Source: a virus
Taxonomy: Duplodnaviria; Heunggongvirae; Uroviricota; Caudoviricetes
Strand: one strand, 5' to 3'
Virus record (IMG/VR): IMGVR_UViG_2711768069_000006
DNA length: 7,070 bases
Part shown: piece by piece, positions 1-6,460 of the stretch
How positions within the stretch are numbered: the first letter of the stretch is position 1
Layout of the letters: each line of letters starts with the position of its first letter
Notes under the pieces: generated by a model
The model's input: the letters and a program-made list of their open reading frames with translations, nothing else
What the model was told of the DNA's origin: nothing
Database searches by the model: none
Position numbers and translations under genes: made by a program

Positions 1-195
1 ATACTGCCCGACGGAAATCCCGGCTTTTTGTGCAGCCAGCGCCTGGCGGCTCAGGCCCTGTTCAACAGCACTGGCGGTTTTTCTGGCGTCAGTCTCCAGT
101 CCGGAAAAATGACGCCTTACCCGGCTCATCTGCTCATCGAAACGGACCGCATCCAGACTCAGGTCAATAACAAGATCACCAACCGGCTGGGACAT
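1..195 (-). CDS. H: Tail tape-measure protein, N-terminal 65 codons (gene runs off the left edge of the window)
   Basis: Minus-strand ATG at 195..193; my translation of 195..1 is MSQPVGDLVIDLSLDAVRFDEQMSRVRRHFSGLETDARKTASAVEQGLSRQALAAQKAGISVGQY, which closely matches the lambda gpH N-terminus as I recall it. Frame is open to position 1. Start overlaps the end of the T frame (stop 176..178) by 20 nt. Not in the ORF track because it has no stop within the window. Confidence 0.9.
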   Translation of the reverse strand, partial: MSQPVGDLVIDLSLDAVRFDEQMSRVRRHFSGLETDARKTASAVEQGLSRQALAAQKAGISVGQY

Positions 196-1047
196 ATCTC
201 ACACCTCCGGAAATCCCCGCTGAAGCCATCATTAATGCGACATCATCCTCGCTGACATCCGCCACATCCGCAGACGATAAAATCTCACGCCCTCCGTCCC
301 CACCAAACCGGACGCCTCCGGCAAGTCCTGCCGCTTTCTGCATCAGCATTTTTTCCTCATCCGGCATCTCCGTCTGCGCTTCCTCACGCCGGGGGGCAAG
401 CAGACTGAAATCAGAGGGATGCATATCCGGATCGCAAAAAAACAGGCTGAGTACGGCGTACGTCAGCCCGGAAAAATGCATATCCAGCTGGGTATCGAGA
501 AAATAATGCGTACGGTAAAAACGGTGCCAGTCGGCATATTCGGTGGATGTCATCCCGGCAAGCATGGCGCGCCAGTCAGGCCTCCCCATCTCACGCGCCA
601 GTCTGAGGGCAAAATTCAGCTCGCCGTCGAAGACTTTCCCGCAGAAAAATCATCATCAGTCAGCGCGTTATTTTTCGCCACTTCAGTAATATCAGTATCC
701 GGACGAACAGCTTCGATCATCCCGGACAGGCACAACACCACGTCTTCCGCCCGGGCAATGGCATCGGCAGGCCAGGTGGTGAGCACTTCCTGCTCTATCT
801 TCATCACGGCCTCATTCATTGACGGTGACTGCGTTTTCTGTGGATGGTTATGCCACAGGGACATCGCCACCAGAAACGCGCCGGTTCTGACGAGATCTTC
901 CACGCTTACCTGCAGGTTGCCGCTGGATTCTGCCTGTTCTGCACGCCGTTTCAGGAGGGCAAGATGCTCGATACGCTGCAGCGCAGACAATTCGGAAAGC
1001 GTGACGGACACACCGTTATATTCAAATTGTTCTGTTTTCAGAAACAT
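176..1047 (-). CDS. T: Tail assembly chaperone G-T fusion made by -1 programmed frameshift (G frame 1047..~635, then T frame to 176)
   Basis: The T-frame ORF (track 176..589, containing MLAGMTSTEYADWHRFYRTHYF) stays open upstream through the slippery site at 634..640 with no stop; I translated 640..587 in that frame as GKVFDGELNFALRLAREM. The T frame is exactly -1 relative to G. T has no independent ribosome binding site context, as expected for a frameshift-only product. Confidence 0.85.
616..1047 (-). CDS. G: Tail assembly chaperone G (143 aa)
   Basis: Protein MFLKTEQFEYNGVSVTLSELSALQRIEHLALLKR... closely matches lambda gpG. I place the start at the ATG at 1047..1045, preceded by GGAGG (about 1053..1057), rather than the track start at 1119, which would overlap V by 59 nt. 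Confidence 0.9.
   Translation of the reverse strand: MFLKTEQFEYNGVSVTLSELSALQRIEHLALLKRRAEQAESSGNLQVSVEDLVRTGAFLVAMSLWHNHPQKTQSPSMNEAVMKIEQEVLTTWPADAIARAEDVVLCLSGMIEAVRPDTDITEVAKNNALTDDDFSAGKSSTAS
634..640 (-). promoter_or_regulatory. Slippery heptamer G GGA AAG (minus strand) for the G/GT -1 ribosomal frameshift
   Basis: Plus-strand ctttccc at 634..640 is GGGAAAG on the minus strand. GGA and AAG are the zero-frame Gly-Lys codons of G (protein ends ...FSAGKSSTAS), 7 codons before the G stop at 616..618. This is the same heptamer and frame arrangement as the lambda G/GT shift site. Confidence 0.85.
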
Positions 1048-1060
1048 GTATGACCTCCGT

Positions 1061-1813
1061 TTACCCTGCAGCGCCCGCTTCAGTAACGGTGACTTCAGCC
1101 ACTGCGGCGAACTGACCATTTCCGCTCACCACAGGGATCTGCACCTTACCTGTCGCCACGCCGTTTACCGTAATTGTCATATCTTTCACACTAATGGTGG
1201 CTTTCGACGGATCGGCGGAAACCGCTCTGAACGTCTTGTCTGTTGCACTTTCCGGCTCAAAAGAAACCGTCAGGGTGGTTGTTTTCCCTTTTGCCACCGT
1301 ACCGGATGTCGGCGTCACCTTAATCGCACTGACCGGCGTAATTTTGCTGCGTTCTTCCGCTACAGAAGGTTTGCCCACGTTGGTCACTTTCACCGTGCGG
1401 GTGATCACTTCTTTCGCCGTCACGGCCTTACCGATACTGCTGACCCAGCCACGAAACACATCCACCGTGCCGTTCGGAAAACGGATTTTATAGGCCCGCA
1501 CATCCCCGCTTTCAAACCAGCCTATAAGCCCTTTCTGACCTTCTTCTCCCGGTTTCCAGGCCAGCGTAAAACTGGTATCTCCTGCAGACTTCTGCCCCTG
1601 CCCGGTCGCGGTCCAGTCCGCGTCTTCATCATCCAGGTAGTTATCATCGTAGGGTTCTGCCGTCATCTCGCCCGGCGTCAGATCCTTCACCTTAGCCAGT
1701 CGCAGCCAGTCATCGTCTGACAACGGGTTTGCATAAGCATCACCCTTGCCGTTGTAAACCCACAGAGTGGTACCGGCACCTTTTACCGGCTCAAGGGGAT
1801 TTGGTGTTGCCAT
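1061..1813 (-). CDS. V: Major tail tube protein V (250 aa) with C-terminal Ig-like domain
   Basis: Near-collinear match to lambda gpV ([91 protein letters not shown]-terminal ...[29 protein letters not shown]). GAGGA Shine-Dalgarno immediately upstream, overlapping the U stop. Confidence 0.96.
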   Translation of the reverse strand: MATPNPLEPVKGAGTTLWVYNGKGDAYANPLSDDDWLRLAKVKDLTPGEMTAEPYDDNYLDDEDADWTATGQGQKSAGDTSFTLAWKPGEEGQKGLIGWFESGDVRAYKIRFPNGTVDVFRGWVSSIGKAVTAKEVITRTVKVTNVGKPSVAEERSKITPVSAIKVTPTSGTVAKGKTTTLTVSFEPESATDKTFRAVSADPSKATISVKDMTITVNGVATGKVQIPVVSGNGQFAAVAEVTVTEAGAAG

Positions 1814-1820
1814 ATCGTCC

Positions 1821-2216
1821 TCACATCTCGTATGTAATGGAATAAGTCAGATCTGCAGAACTCCATAACGCCATATCGTCATCACGACGATACTCATAGC
1901 CCTGCGTAACCATCGTGGTAATCAGTCCTGCCAGAGCCGGGATATCGCTCATCACCGGATAAATCCGGGACTCCATCCACGAATCCAGCTCCGAATCCGG
2001 TACCTGTGCCGGTAAAAACACCTCAATATGCAGTGTGGCCCGCCAGGTATCTGCATCCAGCTCTTCACCGGTATACTCTGCATCCGTCAGATAAACCGCG
2101 ATCGCAGGAAAATCCTCTTCGTCAAAAACAACGGGGCGACCATCAAACAGCGTCGCCCCGTGTTCATGCTGCTCGAGTGCATCCAGCACTGCGGCACGAA
2201 TGTCAGTGTGTTTCAT
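1821..2216 (-). CDS. U: Tail terminator protein U (131 aa)
   Basis: [54 protein letters not shown]...[10 protein letters not shown] matches lambda gpU. ATGA start/stop overlap with Z at 2213..2216. Confidence 0.95.
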   Translation of the reverse strand: MKHTDIRAAVLDALEQHEHGATLFDGRPVVFDEEDFPAIAVYLTDAEYTGEELDADTWRATLHIEVFLPAQVPDSELDSWMESRIYPVMSDIPALAGLITTMVTQGYEYRRDDDMALWSSADLTYSITYEM

Positions 2217-2788
2217 CGTTTTATCGCAATCCTCAGTTGTTGTTTCAGCGCGGATGCCAGTTCTTTAGGCAGGCGTTCACGCCGGATACGGTCAACATTC
2301 TCATCAAATGCCTGTTTCAGTGGGGCCGCCATCGGGATTTTCACCACCTGAATGGGAAGGCGATTACGCTTTTTCCTTCCCTTGTCGTCATTGCCCTCCT
2401 TATATCTGGCCTGGGGAAGACGTTGCATAACATGCCAGCGCCCATTATTTAATCGCTGGATAAATGCCCGCTGATAACGATGCTGACCGGCTTTGAGTAT
2501 GCTGTTCGGACGACGCCCCAGCATTCTGATCCCCAGCTTAATCACAGGGAGATCACCGCGGTTAACGATAATTCTGGCATTCGGATTTCTGACCGTCGCC
2601 CGTTTCAGTCTGGACCGTTCCTTTACCAGTTTCCGTCTCACCCTGGTTTCCCGGGCAACCTGTGATGAAGACTGATTAATCGCCGTTGTGGCCACGCGGT
2701 TAATCGTCATTGCTGAAGCCGCCGGAATGGCGTTTTTACGAACCCGGCTCAGATTATCAATCGCCTGAGCAAGCCCTTTTATCGCCAT
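2213..2788 (-). CDS. Z: Tail completion protein Z (191 aa)
   Basis: Length and sequence consistent with lambda gpZ. ATG at 2788..2786, 15 nt downstream of the FII stop; its stop overlaps the U start. Confidence 0.9.
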   Translation of the reverse strand: MAIKGLAQAIDNLSRVRKNAIPAASAMTINRVATTAINQSSSQVARETRVRRKLVKERSRLKRATVRNPNARIIVNRGDLPVIKLGIRMLGRRPNSILKAGQHRYQRAFIQRLNNGRWHVMQRLPQARYKEGNDDKGRKKRNRLPIQVVKIPMAAPLKQAFDENVDRIRRERLPKELASALKQQLRIAIKR

Positions 2789-2803
2789 AATTTCACCCTG
2801 CGT

Positions 2804-3157
2804 TTATCGTCGCCGGTTAACAGCGGGTGGTTGCCCACGGTTGAGCCAGAGATAACAGCTTCCCCCGTCATCCGGAGAAACACGATCCACCCAGAACATC
2901 TCGCCGTTAATGGTCAGCGTGTCACCACGCCGCACGGCACGCACCGTATCCGTCCGCACAAATAATGACGGGCTGCTTCCTTCAATACGGACCCCGCCAC
3001 CGGCAAAACCCAGCGACTCCGGATCGTCAAAAACCCCCTGAACTTCGCCGCCACGTTGTGCCCCCGAGGTGAACTGCGCACAGAGCCCCATCACTTCAAC
3101 AATCGTTCTGTCCACCCCGGCAAGGGCAGCATCAAAGGAATTCTCAAAATCACGCAT
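2804..3157 (-). CDS. FII: Head-tail joining protein FII (117 aa)
   Basis: MRDFENSFDAALAGVDRTIVEVMG...GVFDDPE...GVRIEGSSPSLFVRTDTVRAVRRGDTLTI...FWVDRVSPDDGGSCYLWLNRGQPPAVNRRR matches lambda gpFII, including the identical C-terminal tail. Start overlaps the FI stop by 8 nt. Confidence 0.94.
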   Translation of the reverse strand: MRDFENSFDAALAGVDRTIVEVMGLCAQFTSGAQRGGEVQGVFDDPESLGFAGGGVRIEGSSPSLFVRTDTVRAVRRGDTLTINGEMFWVDRVSPDDGGSCYLWLNRGQPPAVNRRR

Positions 3158-3518
3158 AAACGGCCATTCCGCTCCTAACCATGTCTTTTGCCACTGAGGG
3201 GGGCATCAGAATTACTCTGCCAGCATCAACATGCTCAACAGGCTCACCTGTTTCATCGTCAACACCGCACAGGTAAAAACACTTCAGAAGCCTGATACGT
3301 TCCAGAATACCAACGTCATCCTCACCGGTGTGCCTGCATGCCTGCTCATGAACGGTATCATCAACATCTGCGATTTCATTTTCCGAGGCGCAAACCTCCT
3401 CTTCCCACTCTGCCACACGCTGTGCGATATCCGCAGCACTCCCCGACATATCCGCCTCGCGCCCCAGCAGACCAGCCAGTTCACGAAGACGTTTCTGATT
3501 TTCTTCTTTTGTTGCCAT
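3150..3518 (-). CDS. FI: DNA-packaging / head assembly protein FI-like, divergent (122 aa)
   Basis: Position between E and FII, similar size, and loose resemblance to lambda gpFI at the N-terminus (MATKEENQKRLRELAGLLGRE...), but clearly more diverged than its neighbours. I place the start at the ATG at 3518..3516, preceded by GGGAG; the track start at 3566 is a GTG inside the upstream hairpin with no ribosome binding site. Confidence 0.7.
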   Translation of the reverse strand: MATKEENQKRLRELAGLLGREADMSGSAADIAQRVAEWEEEVCASENEIADVDDTVHEQACRHTGEDDVGILERIRLLKCFYLCGVDDETGEPVEHVDAGRVILMPPSVAKDMVRSGMAVYA

Positions 3519-3533
3519 ATCCAGCTCCCTGTG

Positions 3534-3561
3534 AAAAAAACACGGGGGCATTTCGCCCCCG
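3534..3561 (-). terminator. Rho-independent terminator-like element: 7-bp GC stem, 5-nt loop, then a U7 tract
   Basis: Minus-strand RNA reads CGGGGGC-GAAAU-GCCCCCG followed by UGUUUUUUUC (stem 3561..3555 and 3549..3543, U-tract 3540..3534). It starts 8 nt after the E stop (3570..3572) and ends 15 nt before the FI start. Confidence 0.55.
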
Positions 3562-3569
3562 CTCACGGA

Positions 3570-4598
3570 TTATTTCACCTGTACCACCACAAACTCATCC
3601 GGATCCGGCAGCACCATCAGCGGCGCGGACTGCGTCATGGTGAATTCACAGGACGGATCGCCCACGGTCAGCCAGTGTTTCGGGTAACGGGAAGAAGCCA
3701 CCACTCCTTCAGACAACGCCTGTGCATCCTTAATGGCTCCATAGCAACGAATCCCCTCTGCTGCCGTATTCCCCAGCACCAGCGTGCCCTCCGGCAGATA
3801 ACGTTTTTCGGTACCGTCCTCTGCCACATAAGACGTTTTCGCCACCACAATGGCCAGATCGCCGTAATACCCCTTGAAGGATACCACTGCGCCCAGATCT
3901 TTCACTGCCGTTTCGAGTTGTGAATTTGAACCGCGACGGGTATCCATTTTTTCGCGGAAAAGCTTAAAGCCATTCAGCAGACGCCAGACGGTACCGTCCA
4001 TAATGGCAATATTCACAAGACCACTGGCCTGATCACAGAAAAGGTCGATATCATATGTCGGGTCGAACGTGTCACGATCCTGTTTTGACCACTCCTTACC
4101 GCTACCTTGTATGATGTTATTCTTCGTCGATCGGCCAAAATCGACTTCAATTTTCTCGAACTGGTCTCCTTCCATCGTATATTTGCCATACAGCACGGCA
4201 TTCACCGCCTGCATTTCTTCCACCTGCACAATAGCGTGCTCTTCCTGTTTGAGGTTATCAGTGATGATACGCAGACGACGGTAGGCCGGGTCGTTCAGCT
4301 GAGCCGGATCTTCACCGGGAAGGCGCTCAACCGCCTGCTGGTAATTAAATTCGTGTTTCGGCTTGACGTAGCCCGGACGCAACACGCGGGTTTCACCACC
4401 ACGATGGCGCAGCACTTTTCCTTCAACGATCGGGGAGACATAGGCCGCCACCGGCGTTTTTCCGGTAATTTTGTCCAGCATCACCTCTTCGGTGTGGAAA
4501 TTCACCGTACGGCGGAAAAACAGCTCCAGAAATAGCGCACGGAATTTCACTTTTTGTTCGGTATAACCGAGTAACTGGCGGGTCGTAAACAATCCCAT
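3570..4598 (-). CDS. E: Major capsid protein E (342 aa)
   Basis: Collinear match to lambda gpE (YVSPIV, PGYVKPKHE, DPAYRRLRII, QVEEMQAV, KYTM, TRRGSNS, LETAVKDLG, GNT...YG, SAPLM, DPDEFV). AAGGAA Shine-Dalgarno 7 nt upstream of the ATG at 4598. Confidence 0.97.
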   Translation of the reverse strand: MGLFTTRQLLGYTEQKVKFRALFLELFFRRTVNFHTEEVMLDKITGKTPVAAYVSPIVEGKVLRHRGGETRVLRPGYVKPKHEFNYQQAVERLPGEDPAQLNDPAYRRLRIITDNLKQEEHAIVQVEEMQAVNAVLYGKYTMEGDQFEKIEVDFGRSTKNNIIQGSGKEWSKQDRDTFDPTYDIDLFCDQASGLVNIAIMDGTVWRLLNGFKLFREKMDTRRGSNSQLETAVKDLGAVVSFKGYYGDLAIVVAKTSYVAEDGTEKRYLPEGTLVLGNTAAEGIRCYGAIKDAQALSEGVVASSRYPKHWLTVGDPSCEFTMTQSAPLMVLPDPDEFVVVQVK

Positions 4599-4626
4599 AA
4601 ATCAGTTCCTTTCATTCAGAAATCAG

Positions 4627-4648
4627 TCAGGCCACCATGGTGGCCTGA
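4627..4648. repeat. 22-bp perfect palindrome TCAGGCCACCATGGTGGCCTGA in the D-E spacer
   Basis: Checked base by base: 4627..4648 is its own reverse complement, centred on CCATGG. It lies between the D stop (4656..4658) and the E ribosome binding site and start (4598). No U-tract follows it on the mRNA strand. Confidence 0.8.
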
Positions 4649-4655
4649 TAACGTG

Positions 4656-5003
4656 TTACGGCAGAGCCGCGTGACTCAGGGCTGTGCCGGCAAAGGCATT
4701 TGCCTTTTTGTGTTCATCCACACTGTCAGGCCAGCGGATTGCCTCCGTCGCAAAGGTCCCCGACTTGTAATAGGTCAGCACCGTCTCTGTGCCTTCAAGC
4801 GGCAGTACCAGTATGCCAACCGCACTACCGGCTTTCTGTCCATCCCAGACCACCAGTTTCCCGGTGGCTTCATCCAGCATCAGGGGCGTCAGAGCCGGTG
4901 TTGCAGAAGAAATCCCGCTGCTGCCTGTGGCGGTATGAGCCGGATCATTACCAGCAAAAATACGTACTTCCGCACGCTGTTCAGTGATGGTTTTCGTCAC
5001 CAT
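4656..5003 (-). CDS. D: Head decoration protein D (115 aa)
   Basis: NDPAHTAT, TPLMLD, KLVVWDG, AVGIL, YKSGTF and AFAGTA motifs match lambda gpD; position between C/Nu3 and E; ATG at 5003..5001. Confidence 0.93.
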   Translation of the reverse strand: MVTKTITEQRAEVRIFAGNDPAHTATGSSGISSATPALTPLMLDEATGKLVVWDGQKAGSAVGILVLPLEGTETVLTYYKSGTFATEAIRWPDSVDEHKKANAFAGTALSHAALP

Positions 5004-5039
5004 TTTGTTAAAACCTCATATTGATGGTCAGCACTGACT

Positions 5040-5642
5040 TCATGGCATGGCCATGAGCATTTTCACGTCCGCATCACCGTCTGCTGACGTCTGTGACACG
5101 CCACCCCGCACCGCTGCCGGTGAATGATTCGCCATGAAATGTTCAAACAGGGCGGTTGTGGATGCAGAGACCGGTTCGGCCTTACCTGATCCCGCAGCCA
5201 GCACAGCCCGGGCGTTCTCCACGGTCATTCCCGGGCAGGCAGCCAGTTTTTCAGCCTGCGCTTCTGCCCCTTTTGCCTCATCCAGGGCCATGATCTGATC
5301 ACGAAGTGAGGGCCCGGCATCCGCCAGTGGTGCAGCCGCCAGGATCGGGCGGGCTTTTTCCACCGTCATCTCCGGCATCGCCGCCAGCGTTGCCGCCAGT
5401 TGTTCACGACCGTTCGCTTCTTCACACGCCATAATGCGATCGGCTTCACTCTGCGCGGATGCCACCGGCTGCTGCGGTGCCGCCGCGGCCAGAATCGCCC
5501 GGGCCTGTTCAACGCTCATGCCCTGTTGCCCTGCCAGCATCGTGGCAAGCTGTTCACGTCCTTTCGCTTCCTGACACGTCAGGATCCCCATCACTCGCTG
5601 GTTCTCCTGCACTGCGGCTTCCGTTGCAGTTAATTGCGGCAT
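5040..5642 (-). CDS. Nu3: Nu3-like scaffolding protein, translated from a nested in-frame start inside C (200 aa)
   Basis: Internal ATG at 5642..5640 preceded by GAGGAGG (5653..5647); product begins MPQLTATEAAVQENQRVMGILTCQEAKGRE... The product length of 200 aa is essentially the same as lambda Nu3, which is likewise nested in-frame in the 3' part of C. Confidence 0.65.
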   Translation of the reverse strand: MPQLTATEAAVQENQRVMGILTCQEAKGREQLATMLAGQQGMSVEQARAILAAAAPQQPVASAQSEADRIMACEEANGREQLAATLAAMPEMTVEKARPILAAAPLADAGPSLRDQIMALDEAKGAEAQAEKLAACPGMTVENARAVLAAGSGKAEPVSASTTALFEHFMANHSPAAVRGGVSQTSADGDADVKMLMAMP

Positions 5643-6460
5643 AGTGCCTCCTCTGACATTACTGTTCAGCGCCGTGGCCATCACACTGATGGCATCCGAC
5701 GCATTGATTAATTCATCCGCCAGCCCGGCCTCAATGCCGGACTGACCTTCAAAAACGGCGGCCTCTGTTCCCGTGACGGCATCAACAGACAGACCGGTAA
5801 ACATGGCCACTTTTTCGGCAAACATCCGGCGCGCCGCATCAATGCGCTGCTGCATGTCCTGGCGAACCTCTGCCGGTAAGGCTTCAAACTGATTGCCATC
5901 CACCTTGTGCGCCCCTGAGTAAATCAGCGTGATATCCACACCGGCCTGCGCCAGATGACCGGCATAGCTGACATGGCTCATCATCACGCCAATGGAGCCG
6001 ATACGGGATGTCTGGGTAACCAGCCGTCGGGAGCAGGCCGACGCCAGCAGCATGGCTGCAGAACAGGCCGTGTCATTGCACAGTGCCCAGACCGGCTTCT
6101 GCTGACGGAGGCGGTAAATCATGTCAGCGCAGTCAAACGCGCCGGCGGCCTGCCCGCCCGGACTGTCAATGTCCAGCAGTACGCCCCGCACCTGGCTATC
6201 CGCCATTGCCTGCTGAAGACAGGCGACAATGCCGTCATAGCCTGTCATTCCGGAAAATGGCCGCATACCCCCCAGCCGGTGCACCAGCGTGCCGGTCACC
6301 GGCAGTACAGCAATACCGTTCACCACCCATGTGGTACCGAAAGACTTGCTGCCCCCATCTCGCGCCCGAGCGCGCAAAAGAAAACCCGCGCATAGGCGGG
6401 CTCCAGAAGCAGCGGTTCATTGAATGCTGCGGCAATAATGTGTGAAAGATTACGTCTCAC
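5040..6460 (-). CDS. C: Head maturation protease / minor capsid protein C; reading frame is interrupted near the 5' end (frameshift or error at about 6330..6365)
   Basis: The main ORF (5040..6416 in its frame) encodes VVNGIAVLPVTGTLV..., with strong resemblance to lambda gpC through the protease and scaffold regions. It has no credible start in its own frame: no ATG or GTG before the conserved region, and the track start is a TTG with no Shine-Dalgarno. The lambda-like N-terminus (V)RRNLSHIIAAAFNEPLLLEPAYARVFFCALG is in the other frame (6460..6323, stop at 6320..6322), starting at a GTG at 6460 behind GAGGAG and overlapping the B stop by 11 nt. Confidence 0.85.
5172..5600 (-). repeat. Three tandem diverged repeats of about 141-150 bp (about 48 aa) within the C/Nu3 scaffold region
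   Basis: Protein repeats: RVMGILTCQEAKGREQLATMLAGQQGMSVEQARAILAAAAP / RIMACEEANGREQLAATLAAMPEMTVEKARPILAAAP / IMALDEAKGAEAQAEKLAACPGMTVENARAVLAAG. At DNA level, compare the segments starting at about 5196, 5337 and 5487 (for example gccaggatcgggcgggctttttccaccgtcat versus gccagaatcgcccgggcctgttcaacgctcat). Confidence 0.75.

Noticed and set aside
28-255. 75-aa plus-strand ORF at the left edge
   Set aside because: Antisense to the tape-measure N-terminus and the end of T, both of which match lambda.
1048-1119. N-terminal extension of the G ORF as given in the track (start at 1119)
   Set aside because: It would overlap V by 59 nt. The internal ATG at 1047 has a GGAGG ribosome binding site and gives the lambda-like MFLKTEQ N-terminus.
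419-1720. 433-aa plus-strand ORF, the longest in the track
   Set aside because: It lies entirely antisense to the well-supported V, G and T genes. Its Arg/Cys/His-rich, low-complexity product is typical of the antisense frame of GC-rich coding DNA, and I recognise no domain-like motif.
2006-2452. Plus-strand ORFs of 148 aa and 107 aa (2028..2351)
   Set aside because: Antisense to U and Z; no ribosome binding site context and no recognisable motifs.
3519-3566. N-terminal extension of the FI ORF as given in the track (start at 3566)
   Set aside because: That start is a GTG inside the terminator-like hairpin with no Shine-Dalgarno; the ATG at 3518 preceded by GGGAG is the better start.
3284-3850. 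Small minus-strand ORFs 3284..3484 (66 aa) and 3668..3850 (60 aa)
   Set aside because: Alternative frames inside FI and E with no start context.
3231-3923. 230-aa plus-strand ORF
   Set aside because: Antisense to FI and the 3' end of major capsid gene E; His/Arg/Cys-rich shadow ORF with no independent support.
4107-4535. 142-aa plus-strand ORF, plus 71-aa ORF (4069..4284) and 62-aa minus-strand ORF (4013..4201)
   Set aside because: All lie inside or antisense to major capsid gene E in other frames; E is strongly supported.
4653-5024. Plus-strand ORFs of 123 aa (4653..5024) and 95 aa (4700..4987)
   Set aside because: Antisense to decoration gene D.
5027-5038. Short inverted repeat GTCAG-CA-CTGAC between C and D
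   Set aside because: Only a 5-bp stem with a 2-nt loop, too weak and short to distinguish from chance.
5400-5899. Plus-strand ORFs 5400..5633 and 5459..5644, and minus-strand alternative-frame ORF 5708..5899
   Set aside because: They lie inside C/Nu3 in other frames or antisense to it; the repeat-rich GC-biased sequence explains the open frames.
6235-6435. 66-aa minus-strand ORF in a third frame within the C 5' region
   Set aside because: TTG start with no ribosome binding site. Its translation lacks the lambda-like motifs found in the other two frames, so it is an alternative-frame artefact, though it overlaps the region where the C frame break occurs.
5955-6445. Plus-strand ORFs of 146 aa (5955..6395) and 120 aa (6083..6445)
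   Set aside because: Antisense to the conserved protease domain of C; Arg/Pro/Cys-rich shadow ORFs.
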